NCBI GenBank assembly: GCA_044892525.1
Contig: CM097885.1
Span: 9,984,001 to 10,048,000 of the forward strand
Direction: 5' to 3'
DNA from: Schmidtea polychroa
Lineage: Eukaryota
DNA: 64,000 nt
Part shown: positions 1 through 13,140 of the stretch, piece by piece
Layout of the letters: each line of letters starts with the position of its first letter
How positions within the stretch are numbered: position 1 is the stretch's first letter
Position numbers and translations under genes: made by a program
The notes under the pieces: generated by a model
Told to the model about the DNA's origin: nothing
Databases searched by the model: none
What the model saw: only the letters and a program-made list of their open reading frames with translations

Positions 1-319
1 TGGATTGCTAACAATATGTGGAATTGTGCTCAGTGAATGTTCTTCGCAAATTTTCTTTTTCAATAATTCTTTCGAAATAAATTGGCATGTTCATTTTTCT
101 AGTTTTTATTATACAGGGAGATAATAATAATAATAATAATGATACTGAAATTATTACACATATAATAAAACAATATTATAATATAATTTCTATAATAATA
201 GGAATAAAAAATCGCATAAATATAGAAATGAGTCATAAATACAATAGGAATGCATCACGCACGCAAATTAAATAAAGACAAAATATTAAATTTTAATTAG
301 ATAATCGACATTTTTCGAA

Positions 320-952
320 GGTATAAAAACTCTTACCATGTTATGTAGGTCATAATCCACAATGACCAAGAAAAAATCAAGATCCGAGAAACTACTGTCC
401 AAACAACCTGTCCAAATATTTCACAACTATAAAATGTATTTTTAAAAGTAGAAATGAATATGAAATTCTATCAAGTTACAATTCCGATTTCTTGCAGGGA
501 CACTCTTAATAACGGATAATCAAGTTATTGATGAAGATTTCATAAAGATGGATTCAAATTTGAAATGCAATCAAAATGATTTCTTCAATATTCGATATAT
601 AAGATATACATGTATTATGATACCTTTGCAGACAAAGCTTTAAGGAACAAGAAACTTGATATCTAACAATCATTATTCAAACCTGATCCAGCGGTGGTCA
701 ATTAATCTACTGCACTTCCATCAACAAATTCGATTATCAGTAGTTAACCAGATGCATAAACCAATAACGGAAATAGTATCAATGGTTGATTCAATATTCA
801 AGTAAACCAACTACATAATGAAAACTATTCAAAATACCAATTCAAACAATGATCAAATCACGTCTTTATTCAACTATATAAGGTAGATTAGAATGATGTG
901 TTTTCTCCAATTCGGAATCTTACAATTGCTAGATTTTCACAATTATTCTTAG
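320..952 (+). pseudogene. Decayed homolog of the inner-Polinton accessory ORF 26276-26695
   Basis: From ATG 362 it reads MTKKKSRSEKLLSKQPVQIFHNYKMYF and later YKVD.NDVFSPI...ARFSQLF. This matches MTKKISSTEK...QPVQMFHNYKMYF...YKVDNNDVYSPI...ARLSQLF. The upstream GGTATAAAAAC is shared. It has frameshifts and a ~185-bp insert flanked by TTATTCAA (673-680, 866-873). Confidence 0.85.
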
Positions 953-1116
953 AGATGTTGATGAATGTTAATAAATTTATTTAATTATATTTGTGTTTGT
1001 TTTTACTTTTAAATAATAATATCACAAAGACTGCCACTTGAACAGAAATCAAAGGCAATATAACAGCAAACTTTAACAAAGAAATTCTATAAACAAAATC
1101 ATATTTACATAACAAA

Positions 1117-1443
1117 ATGATAATAAATTCACCAGAAAAAGGTAAAATATAAGTATTAATTTTGATTGAAAATATTTAATGAACTTTTTGTTTTATTAAT
1201 TAAAGGAAGTAACAGGTGTAGAAATTAGAGAAATATGTAGTTTTAAAAGTATTGATTCCGACGAAGATTCAGGAATAAATGAAGATTATCAAGTTAATGA
1301 AGAAAACTTTAGTGATGTCAAAGAACCTAAACATGAAGAAGTTGAATAACATGAATGTAATGATTTTACAAATTGTATTGATTACATTGTAGAAAATATA
1401 ATGAAGAAAAAGTGTGGAGATATAGACATGTATTAATCAATAA
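1117..1443 (+). pseudogene. Decayed homolog of the inner-Polinton small acidic spliced gene (25821-26179)
   Basis: Same gene order as in the inner element. Short first exon ending CAGAAAAAG|GT, then NFL...GVEI, an acidic tract and CIDYIVENIM..CGD, matching CIDHVVENVMNCGD. Contains stops. Confidence 0.75.
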
Positions 1444-2432
1444 ATATATTTAATTTCTTAGTATTATCCCCTGGATAACATAATAATTATGTGCAATACA
1501 CGAGTGTTTGAGGGACGCTTTCTAATAATTAAAATTATTGCCATGTTAATTTCATTATTAATTTGACTTATCCTTATTTAGTTTACTGCAATATAACAAC
1601 GAAATATACTCATTTTGAAATATATCACCCGTTTGATGTTTAAAATAAACATTTGTATTGCAAACTCGTACTTATTGTCAGATTAACATAAAGAGCGAAG
1701 AAAATTTTCAAAAAATAATCATGTTTTTAAATTACAGGTTTAATTTAAACATTTTGTTGAATAAATTAATTTTAAAAATATCACTAAGCTAATTGAACTT
1801 ATATTTAGAAAATTTTCATTAAAAAATGATAAAATTTGATGAAATATTATTATATTAATAATTAAATTTTTTAAAATTCTTACATGATTATTTTTTAAAT
1901 TAAAAAAATAAAATTTTTAACAACCCATCAAGCATTTTAATATTTTTTTAAATCTTTAGCAATAAATAATTACGCATTATTTAAATATATTTTTTTAAAA
2001 TAAAATAAAATAAAATTCTAATTAATATATAGAAAATGATTTATTATTTTAATATTATTTAAATAAATTATATAGAAATAAAATTTTGAATTAATATTGG
2101 AATAATTTGAAATTATCCAAGTCATGCAAGATGAATTTCTTAGGATTCGGTTGTAATCATTTTGATTAATTATACTTTCCATTTCAATAGTTAATGTTTA
2201 TAATTTTTAAATTGATGTTTGTTTAAATAAATGTATCATACATTTGGGGATTCTAAAAACAGAATGGAATTTTTTGACACTCGAATGCTTGATTTTTTTA
2301 TTTTAAAACATTTATCTGGTATGTACAGGTATATAGAAATCCTTGTGTTATCTTATATAACCACGGAGGTTTTACAAATTATGTACGCTATTAATTAAAC
2401 AACTGAAAATTAATTTTACATACAATTTAATA

Positions 2433-2497
2433 CAGTGGTGTCCAACCCAAATCAATCGAAGGGCCAAATTTTCGGAAAAATACTATCACGGGCCACA
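2433..2497 (+). mobile_element. hAT-type MITE left-end fragment
   Basis: CAGTGGTGTCCAAC terminus followed by GGGCC subterminal motifs; no matching right end found. Confidence 0.45.
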
Positions 2498-2778
2498 ATA
2501 AATTCATTTAAATAAATATAACTCGTTTTTACGATTCAAGTAAACTTAGAATCAACTTTTTAAATTAAAAACATGCTTTAATAACATGATTTATTACAAT
2601 AACTGCTATGGGAATTTAATACAACTCGTATATACAGCGGCCTTTGGCGCCGTGTAAGTTACATATAAGTATATGGAATATTTGGGTTTGAAGGTGTGAA
2701 GAAGTGTGACTCCGCAACAATTTTACCAATTTTTGATGTTACCGCAACAGCAACACAATGCATCTGAAGCTTAATTAT

Positions 2779-2935
2779 TTTATTAAAAAGAGAGTTTGAA
2801 GACTATAAATCAGTAATATATCGATGTTTATTGATACTGAAATTCACTTGAAAAAGGCAGTGCCGAAAATTCGTGAGTATGAACAATCATCGATATATTA
2901 CTGATTAATAGTCTTCAAACTCTCCTTTTAATAAA
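2779..2935 (+). repeat. Dispersed fold-back repeat (family A) with a hammerhead-like motif at the apex
   Basis: Long inverted arms around TTCAC-TTGAAAAA-GGC-AGT-GCC-GAAA-ATTC-GTGA (2843-2877). Related copies at ~5155-5293 (core deleted), 13820-13955, 60010-60120, 62616-62820 and 63253-63340. Confidence 0.75.
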
Positions 2936-5852
2936 TCCAATGTAAAAAATAATCAGTGGTGAAATTAGAAGAAAAATGAAGTTCTTATAATACTTAATTA
3001 TTTTATCCATAAAACATTTTACCTTGAAATTTATAATAGAGTTAATTTTATTTTTTAATTGTAAATATTTTATAAATATTTTAATTAAAGCTTGATACCA
3101 TGTCGATTAATTATTTGTGGTTTTTGAACCAAATAATAATGATTCAGAAATAAAATTTACTTATTATAAAGTTTCAAAGTGATATTCATTGTGATTTCTA
3201 ATGGCAAAAAAATATTGTTGAGTTTGTTTAACTTTCTTTGATACCATATAAAAAATCAGATTTTTGGATCAAGTCGTCAAGTTGCTGGTTTCAATTCCGT
3301 GTTTGATCGAGCTTCCTAAATGGTCCCAATGAGATCAAAATAAACTCGAAACTAGTCGGAAATTTGAATTCGCACTGTATATCACTCGAATATGTTATTT
3401 TTTTATTCAGTTAGTCAAGTTAGTTAGTTTAAACAAAATCAAGAAGAAAACCCAATTAAAAGCCTTTTATTTATTTGTTGAAAATATCTTTATATTGTTG
3501 ATCCCGTTGATTATAACTTCAACAGAAATTCAAAGATATTTTAAGAATTTGCTAGGATATTTTTTTAATTTCAAATTCATAAAGTCATTATGTTTAGCTT
3601 GATATTTATTTATGAAATGCATATTTTTATAAGTTCTTTTGAAATTCGTCAAATTATTAAATTTGTGTTCACTAGATTGGACATTTCCGTTGGAATTCGT
3701 ACTTGACACTTTAAATATTTGTCATTGATTTGTTTCTCACTCTTATTCTCGCTGAATTCAGATTGATATTATTTTCATTCAACGAGCCAATGATTGAATC
3801 ACTAAAAGAACTTTTCATATCACACTTCTTTCGATTTTATCTTCTTTTTATTCACTTTTTTTCAATTCTAATACAAATTATTTTTAAAACAAACGAGTTA
3901 CCACAAAGATTTAGTGAATAATACGAATGACAATAACGAAAGCGGAAACCAAATTACAAACCAGCCGAAACAAGTGTTTTAGTTAATATTTCTATTGTTG
4001 GTTTTGGAAACTTTTTTGATTATCAAAAAAAATGTTGCAAAACATTTATGTAGCGGTTGCTTTGCCTTGCTTGATTTTGTTATTTTTAAAGGAAATAATT
4101 GCAAAAGTTCATAATTTTCTTTATATTTCTTTAGTTTACTTATGTTAAATAACAATAAATATAAAATTGGGAGAGGTGTTGATATTTTGTTTATTCAATT
4201 TTTGCTCAAATTGTGAATGTTATAATAACAACTGCAAAACAGTCATTTTGTGTGAAATACAGTTATGCGTTATCAAAGATATTCTTGCGTCAAGCATATA
4301 ATTTTAAAATGTTCCTATATGTAGCTTTATATTTTCAGATTAGATGTCGAAAAACAAAATATTAATGATGTATACCATTAAAAAAATAATTGAAACGTCT
4401 CAGATTTGTTGGAATCCATCTCACACAGATTCTGAAATTAGCAAGAAACTGAAATTTATTCTTTAAATGATGAATATATTTTGAACTGATCCGTCCAATT
4501 GGCAACAATGATTAGGAAGTCACAGTGCCAATTATTTGTTTCAATGGCTAAAGCAAAATCAAGAATAATGATAGAAATTATGATTCCAGACAAAGAAACT
4601 CAATGTAGACTCATTCAAGAAAGTAATAAAGTATTGAAAACTGATTCGTATTTTTTACAGAAATACTTTAATTATTAAAATTATTTAATATTTTCTGGAA
4701 AATAAAAACTAGAGGTATGTTTATTGAAAGTAAGGAAATTAAATGACATACGAATATTATATCATTTTATAAATCTTAGGACAAGTAGTGGCTATATAAT
4801 TATTTTATTTCTCTACTGTGCTTAAACAAGTCTACCAGAGTACAGGAAACTAATTTCTTTCCAATCACTCGAGTTAATACACACACGGTTAAACTTTGAT
4901 TTCACAAATAATTACAACCGAATTTAACTACTAGAAAGTTTTGCGCTTATTTCCTTTCATCCGAGAAAAGTTTTATTAATATTTTTTTAAAACAAAATTT
5001 TTTTTGTTTTTTTGACATTATTTGTTTTAATTTTTTTATGTATAAATAAAATAAAGAAAATATTTTTTTATAATTATAAAAAATTAATTATAAACATTAA
5101 TCAGTTCGAAGAATGAGTTTAGCATTTAGTTATATACTTTTATTTTTTATTGTATTTATTAAAAAGCTTGACTATGAATCAGTAAATATATCAAAAAAAC
5201 ATCGATAATTTACTAATTCATAGTAAAATTTTTAATAATTACAATGTCAATTGACAAGAAATCAGTGGTGAAATTTGAAAAAGGTTCTTATAATTCTATT
5301 TTTTAATTTATGTGATTTGACAAACATGTTTCTGTATAATTCATATTTAGATTCTTTTCCAAAAAATTGGGAAATTTTATTTTTTTTACATTTTAACCCC
5401 CCCCTCGTTTCGTTTTCTTTCATCCGATGAATGTATCTTTCTTAAAAATATATTTTTTGTTGACTAAAAAATGCACTTTATAATTTGTTTTACTAATAAA
5501 CATATTTTTATTTTCTACTTTATCGTTTAAAATTTAATTAATCTCCTCACAAACTTTTGACAGATGTCAAAATCTCAAATTTTATTTACTTACTGTAGAC
5601 TTTGATAAAGAAAAAAAACAATTTATAATTTTTTTACAAAAGAATTAATTAAATAAAAGCCAATAGTTTTATTTTTATTGTAATTTTTTTCTCCAACTTG
5701 ATGTCCTTTTTGTGGTTTATTTGTTTTACTGTTACAATAACTGAAGGCAAAATATTTGACAAAAATAAAAACTTTACACATAAACATTTGAATCTCAACT
5801 ACTGAAAGAGAAAAGATAAAAAAAAGAAAATAATTGAAGAATAATTATAAAA

Positions 5853-8420
5853 TTAACTCCTGGGTTCCGGAAATTGACTTAATTTTCTTTTTTGTTTGAT
5901 CTGATGTAATTTATAGAGAAAGTCCGTTAAGCCAAGGACAAGGGATAACATAATTCCAAAAAAGAGAATATAGAACACTCCAGATAAATTGGCCAACGCT
6001 AGAGGCTTGGAGGCACTTCCACCAGACTCGACAATACATTCACCTTTTTTAATCCACCATTTGGTGTATAGTTTTGCAAGGGTTTGTTTTTCTCTTAGTT
6101 GTAGAATTGCATCGGTTATTTGTTCTTTCATATCTAGCATTTTGTTGTCATTTGATCGAGTAGCCACCGCGTAAGCCTTACTACCAAAAACACTGCCGAC
6201 CATCATAGTGTCGCAAGGGTGTTTGTTATTTTTATATTCATTCATTTTTGATTCCAGAATAAATACATATTTACCTTGTTCTTCACGTACCCGTGTAACG
6301 CCTTCATCTATTGTTTTCGTATAAACCGATGGATCCTTTTGCATAATCTCGTATACTTTATTATATGGATAAAACGTAGAAGTGGCGAAATATTCTTTCG
6401 TTGACCCAGCATCAAGGGTACCGACCTTAATTCCCAGATCCTTTTTCTCTACGAGATCGTGAATCTTTGTTATAGGAGAAATGAGATTTGCTACTGATAA
6501 AAATGCTGCTAGATTAGCAGTATAATATGCAATATGAACTAATGAAAACATCCACCAAATACTGGCTAAAATTCTAGCTCCCGGTGACTTGGGAAATATT
6601 TCTGCTCCTTGTCTCACCACTGCCGCAAAACTAAACCAAAAGCTATTTCCCATGTTAAATGCTTCATCCCGTTTCCATTCATATGGACTGATGTTGGCTA
6701 TTACTCGCAATCCAATTGCAATAAACAAACAAGCACTTCCGGTACAAATCCAAACGTTGTCTGAGATAGGTTTCATGAAACTAAAAACTCCCGGCTTAGT
6801 TTCAACTGGTTTTTTCATAATTAATGACAACCCAAATGTCATAAATGGCTCGGTAAACGCTATAAACTTTGCACGACTCGAGCTAACTGTTAAAGGTGCA
6901 ATTACAATGTCTGCGTCTCCTCTAATTAGTTCTCCAACCATTCCATTCCAAGTATCGTTTTCTTTGACATAGGCTCCATATAAATTGTCCTTCACTAGAT
7001 GTATTTCATAGCTCTGATTAATCATTCCAAATATTTCTTCCGCAAGATCAATGCAATAACCTTCAAGGTTCTTTTTCCCAGATTGAGAGTTTTTCGAAGA
7101 ATCCGACGCTGGCATAACGAATGGATTCGCTAGAATTGTCACAACCCTTATAACATGTGACCGATTTTTTACATGAATGTTTTCTTCATTTGGATTTTTT
7201 TCGTTGTTTACCATTATATCCCAAGTTTCGTCTGGATTTGATTTTGCAATAATTTCTCCTCCGCCTTGACCATTAAACTTTGTCAAGATAATTGTTGCAT
7301 TCTTTCGGACACAGGTTTTATTGTCAAACATAATAGATCCGGTCTGTCCTACTGTATTAATAGATTTTATATAGTCGATTAAATCCTTTCCATCATTGAT
7401 TTTCACTTTAACAGATGTGTTAAAGAACGTAGAAAAACTTGTGCAATCGATTCCGTTATTTGGTGCCGAGGGGTTTCGGAATCGGTTATTATTGAAAAGG
7501 CTTTGGAGAACTCTAAAGGCGTCTAAAATGAATGCTACACTGGACAATTCTTCATCGCCTAACAGTCGAGTCCATTGAGTAATGAAGCCTCTGGTCTCTT
7601 GATGCAAATAATCCAGAATGTGAAATCCGGTAATGTTGACTCGGCTTGACTTGTAAGAACTTAATGGAAGCTGCATTATACGAAAGTTAACCATTAAGTA
7701 ATGGTATTCCTGGCGTAACATACCTAATAATTTCAAACAACGTAATAATTCTTCAACCTCACTCCTACCATCTAAATCAACGACAATTTTTCTCTCATTC
7801 ATTTTTGATATCTTTTGATCTAATATCCTCAAAGTATGAAATATTCCTTTTTCATCGGGAGGTAAATAAATCGGGGTTACATCTAACAAATCCTCCGACG
7901 TCTCATGGCCGTATAATTCATGTAAAACGGTGTTGATTCGATAAAAGCTATATTCCTTTCGATAAATATAAACAAAGTGATTCCATTTCCATTGAACAAG
8001 GAAATTTATTAAAGGAACTGTCAGATCGGGCTGAACACTAAAGATCCTGCAAATATCGGAGTTTTGTTTCCCAACAATTGCCGGCAAATTATATAACGGA
8101 CTCCACGTAATAAAGGGAATATTGAAATGTTTCGTGTAACTTTCAACAATCAAACGGCTCTCTAAATCCAACCGGCCGATAATCGGTTTTTCATTCGACT
8201 GGGCAATTCCACAAAGTTGTTTCTGGAAATTCCCGGGATCGGAGGTGTTGACTGCGTATTTTGTGAAATATTGTTTCAAATTCCAATCATTGCCGACATA
8301 CTCAAGGACTTTGTTGAATTCAAACGACTCATTTGACCAGAGTAGCGCAAATCGACAGTCGTAGAGTTGAGAAAGACCGAGAAAAATCGCCCAATTTATA
8401 AGAGGCTTTCGTAGAACCAT
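5853..8420 (-). CDS. Ionotropic glutamate receptor, AMPA/kainate type, single exon (~855 aa from ATG 8420)
   Basis: Signal-peptide-like N-terminus and LIVBP-like ATD. S1: GYCIDL, WNGMVGEL, APLTVSSSR. Pore loop FWFSFAAVVRQG, M3 YTANLAAFL. S2: GSTKEYF, ILES, PCDTMMVG, KWW..KGEC. M4 NLSGVFYILFFG. Confidence 0.97.
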   Translation of the reverse strand: MVLRKPLINWAIFLGLSQLYDCRFALLWSNESFEFNKVLEYVGNDWNLKQYFTKYAVNTSDPGNFQKQLCGIAQSNEKPIIGRLDLESRLIVESYTKHFNIPFITWSPLYNLPAIVGKQNSDICRIFSVQPDLTVPLINFLVQWKWNHFVYIYRKEYSFYRINTVLHELYGHETSEDLLDVTPIYLPPDEKGIFHTLRILDQKISKMNERKIVVDLDGRSEVEELLRCLKLLGMLRQEYHYLMVNFRIMQLPLSSYKSSRVNITGFHILDYLHQETRGFITQWTRLLGDEELSSVAFILDAFRVLQSLFNNNRFRNPSAPNNGIDCTSFSTFFNTSVKVKINDGKDLIDYIKSINTVGQTGSIMFDNKTCVRKNATIILTKFNGQGGGEIIAKSNPDETWDIMVNNEKNPNEENIHVKNRSHVIRVVTILANPFVMPASDSSKNSQSGKKNLEGYCIDLAEEIFGMINQSYEIHLVKDNLYGAYVKENDTWNGMVGELIRGDADIVIAPLTVSSSRAKFIAFTEPFMTFGLSLIMKKPVETKPGVFSFMKPISDNVWICTGSACLFIAIGLRVIANISPYEWKRDEAFNMGNSFWFSFAAVVRQGAEIFPKSPGARILASIWWMFSLVHIAYYTANLAAFLSVANLISPITKIHDLVEKKDLGIKVGTLDAGSTKEYFATSTFYPYNKVYEIMQKDPSVYTKTIDEGVTRVREEQGKYVFILESKMNEYKNNKHPCDTMMVGSVFGSKAYAVATRSNDNKMLDMKEQITDAILQLREKQTLAKLYTKWWIKKGECIVESGGSASKPLALANLSGVFYILFFGIMLSLVLGLTDFLYKLHQIKQKRKLSQFPEPRS

Positions 8421-9593
8421 GAAAAGAGAGAGACTGAAGAAACAAGCCACCAATTGTGACAATATATAAATATTTGTAAGAATTTCATGTAAACCAATTA
8501 ACGTCGACCAGTCGTATGTTAAATTTGAACTACCAATTAAATGAGTTTTTCTTTTATAGTTTTAGTTGGTTATTGTATCTGCTTTGTAATATTAAAAAGC
8601 CAGTCTAAGTAGAAGCCCCGGCATTTAGAGTTTCAATGAATGGGAGATATGAACACATACCCACAAACGAGGGAGACTTCCCCAACTAAGGAACACACCG
8701 AATGAGAATTCCTAAATTCCCCAAAGCATGCATTAGCTTCATTATAAGTTCAATTCATTGCAAGCTCTTTTGTGTGGGAATGAATACGACTGAATTATTG
8801 CATACATTTAGTAGGGGTTTTTAATATTATATCTATAAAATAATAAAATATTTTCAGTCGATTTAATTTTTTTTCCCACAAAATTTTGTTCAACAGTTAA
8901 TTTACAGCAAACAAATCACTGAATTTTGACGAAATGGACTTTTGGGAAATTTGGAAATAATTTTTTTTTATATATTTTATTTATTTAATATTTATTGTGA
9001 TTATTATTATTAAATTTTAAAATGTATTTTAAGGTAATTAGAATTAATATTATTATGATGCTTATATAATACAAATTTAATTTAATTATTATAATTATTA
9101 CTGCAATAATTAAAACAATTAACAATTTCGGACATAATATAATATTTATTTATTTTATTTTATTATTAATAAATATATATATAATATTAAAAAGTTTTTT
9201 TTAAATATTTTTTAATCTTTTTAATATTTTTTATAAAAAAAAAAATTCGTATATTTTACAAATTTCTGGACATTTGTCATTGATTTTCGGAAAGTTAAAT
9301 TTGTAAAATATTTATTTGAATACTCATTTATGATGTTTGTTTGCTGTGAATTTCGGAGAAATTTTATTATGTAGTTGCAATAATTTTCTCCCTGCTCATG
9401 ACTTCGATCAATCTTCCTTCAGTGCATATTTTTTTAATTAAACTATTGTGCACATAATTTTTGTCACTTTGTGTGTAACTTTTATTATAGAGATTTTTGT
9501 GTAACTTATAAATATTTCTATTTTATTATTCTTGATAAAATCGTTTTTTAGCCCGATGGTCAAGGCACATATGAGATTTACATGAGATGCACA

Positions 9594-11240
9594 TTAAAAT
9601 TTTGTTTTCTTATCAGTTTTCCAAGAGCAGATTGTAATTTGTAGTCCTTGCATTTCATAATAGATTGACAACTTGTAACCGCACTGACAAATCATATATC
9701 GACGATTCTTGTTAATTCGATGTGATATACTAATTGGTAACGAAGGCTCTGGTTTGAATAAAACTAAAACGTTAATTCCAGAAATGTACACTAGATTCAT
9801 GTAAACACCATTAAACCTTATCTTGCACTTTAGCTTTGTTCTGTAATATCGTACTTGCATGTCCATATTATTGGAACCTGATTTTTGTGATGTTGTAGAA
9901 GCAGTCATTTTAGGCTTTTTTTCCTCATCGAAAGATGGTTTGTGCATTGTAGAAAGGAACAACACAAGTGACTTTGCTTTGTCCCAGAAGCTGAGAAGAT
10001 ATTGAGAATTACGATAATAGTGCACCGCACTCTTTTTCTGGCGGCCAGCAATGCCTATACTAGCAGATGGAATATCACGATTGTTTTTATAATAGTTCCA
10101 ACAATCGTCGTTTTATGTTATTGGAATGAGCCAGCCTTGTAAATCAGTGCCTGTGGTCAAGTTCCGGTCAGTGCGCAAGTAAGGTGTCATTATTTTTGTG
10201 AAAGTAATTAAATAGAATTAGTATTTAATTTCCAGTTTTAAATAGATTTAAATAATAGTAGATAATCAAATTATAAATTAAAATATAAAATTAAATATGA
10301 ATATCGAAGTTATTAATTGGTTTGACTAAGAATAATTGAAAATTAGAATATAAAATATTTATTGAATGCTTGTGAATGAATATCCCTTATTCAATTATTA
10401 ACTTATGCGTCCAAAAATATCCTCAAAGCTTAAAACAGAGATAGTTTAAATAAGAGAGATTTTTGTGTTGTGTTTAAAAAATATAGTTTTGTTTTGAAAT
10501 ATTATGGATGTTATTAATTTAAGAAATCAGACATCTAATAATTTTCATTGTCAAAGTTTCTAAGAATGGCGAATATTATGATTTTTTGTAGCTGATAGTG
10601 TTGACACTGCAACATAGGGAATCTCATTCAGAACGTAACATGATTTGGAAGCACACAACCAGAAGAACTGGTGGCAAAAATATCTCTATGACTATACTGC
10701 ACCTTGTAAACAGCGGCATTGATATACAGACCAATAAAAGCTTTCATTTTTTCTGTAGTGATTGGAACCAAAACTTGTTATTTTTTTTTAAACACTTCTT
10801 TTTCCTTTTAAGTTCGAATAAATTAATGCTTCATTTATAATTTTCTCAGTTAGCATTTCAAAGTTTTATACCTCGCTCAGTGGATTAATATCAGTTTTTC
10901 GCCCTGGTCGGCTTTGTAGAATATTATTCTGAGCAAAAATGTCCTTGTAACTGAGAGGGTTGACGACCCCAAACGCTTCCATTGCGTGCTATTTTTATAC
11001 AGAATTTTCATTCTCTTCCTCCTTACTGGATGTTTCTATACAGAAACACCATCTGATGAATCTTCTTGAAAGCTTCAACGGTGAGAATACAACCATTTTC
11101 TGAATTTATGTCTACTTCAACATCGTTCTTTTCCTCAATGCTGTCTTCTGGTTCATCATTGCTGTTGTCCTCTTCACTAAGTGATGTGTTTTCAAAAATG
11201 TTTTGAAATGCGCTGATCTTGGAAGCGCGAGATAAACGTC
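9594..11240 (-). pseudogene. Degenerate piggyBac (PGBD4-like) transposase
   Basis: Acidic N-terminal tract (~11040-11200), NILQSRPG-like segment (~10900) and C-terminal V.FLSTMH...KP...MD..VRYY...ISGINV motifs. Many frameshifts; boundaries approximate. Confidence 0.65.
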
Positions 11241-11467
11241 TGCTTTAAAATAAAAATAATTAGGAAAAATAATTTAAGAAAAATATCGATTGTAAACTTA
11301 GTAAACTAATAAGTGTCATGTTTCATGTATACCAACATTTGCACAATATTATATTATTTATGATTAGTAAATTAGAAAAATTATATTTACTATCTGATAT
11401 AATTGAATTTGGAGAAGTTCAAAAAATTGGATTTTATAATTTACACAAGTTAAACAAACATCTAAGT

Positions 11468-11743
11468 CAGCGACGGCGAACCTATGACCCACGGGTCAGA
11501 CACTGACTCACGCCAAAAATTCAAATCACCTACAAGATGTCTTGTTTTTTAATTATAAAATAATAATCATACGAATGAGTTCGAATATTGATCTAATTAA
11601 TGTATAATAAATAAAATCATATTATAATTACATGAAATTTTGTTAAAATTTTAATGACTAAAATAATATTTGACTCGTAGGTTGATATTTTCAAAAAATA
11701 AATTCTATTGTTACCCCTTTGTCAAAATATTTCGCCATCACTG
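11468..11743. mobile_element. Non-autonomous hAT MITE (276 bp)
   Basis: TIRs CAGCGACGGCGAA / TTCGCCATCACTG, with a perfect 8-bp TSD ATCTAAGT (11460-11467, 11744-11751). Confidence 0.9.
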
Positions 11744-12679
11744 ATCTAAGTAATTAAAATGTCAAATAATCGGAACTTATTTGTAACAATTGTACATTAA
11801 GAGTGAACAATCAAGTGTAAATTTTGCAGTAAAATTTAATGCAGCTATTATATATCTCCTATGGGATATATCAGATCCCATAAAGTTAGCCACCATAAAA
11901 ATGCAAATTAACATGGAAATTTCGTGATGTAAGCCTTCACATTAGTATCATCCAACAAAGGACAGAAAACAAAAAAGTCGTAAAGTTTCGGCTATGTGAA
12001 GTTTTTCTTGAGAGTATTGGAAGTCTTTAAATGGGGTTGGAGTCTGTCAGACCCCACAAAGTATGCAAACCATAAAATAAATTTTTTATAGAATTAATAT
12101 AAAATTTATAAAAGTAAATTTAAAAGGAATATAAATTTGATTTTTTAAATTTTATTTCTGTATTTTTATGATTAAATGAAATTTATTATCAATGAACGTT
12201 TTTCAACAAATACTCTCAATGTTTGATAGAAACGTCACCGAATCTTGATATTCCTAAATAACGAAGAATGAAATTTTATTTTGCCTGTCATTTTTGGCAT
12301 TTATTCAACTGAACTTCCATCTTTGAATGAGAAATTAAAATCATTAATTTTCAATTGGGATGTTCATGAATAATCCTTTGACTCTATCCGTTGGACACTC
12401 TTACTCACTTAATCGGGAAATTCGTTGTTTGAAATCTCTCCTCACTGACAATGCTTATTTATTCTGGGATATTTACCCAATCCATCAATTTTGTACCGGT
12501 TCAATCTGACATTATTCTCGTGAACAAAAAGTGAAGAATTACAATTTATTTTGACTTCTTTATTTATTAACCTTTTTATTTTTATAAAATCGATTTAAAC
12601 TCAAATAAAAACGTTAATATATATGAATATCAATAGTTTAATAATAATTTAATAATTTTTTTAATTACATAAATAAATC

Positions 12680-12720
12680 ATTATTATTACTATTAATACT
12701 ACTACTACTACTACTACTAC

Positions 12721-12805
<85 letters not shown>

Positions 12806-12865
12806 TATAATAATAATAATAATAATAATTATTATTATAATAATAATAATAATAATAATTATTAT

Positions 12866-12928
<63 letters not shown>

Positions 12929-13049
12929 TATAATAATAATAATAATTATAATAATAATAATAATGATAATAATAATAATTATAATAATAATAATAATTAT
13001 AATAATAATAATAATTATAATAATAATAATAATGATAATAATAATAATT

Positions 13050-13080
<31 letters not shown>

Positions 13081-13140
13081 TAATAATAATTATTATAATA
13101 ATAAAATAATTATAAATATTATAAATTATTATTACTATAA
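12680..13140. repeat. (ACT)n/(AAT)n microsatellite
   Basis: Directly visible trinucleotide tract. Confidence 0.97.

Noticed and set aside
5989..7578. Plus-strand ORFs inside the iGluR gene, and similar antisense ORFs within Polinton genes
   Set aside because: Shadow frames opposite real genes, with no recognisable motifs.
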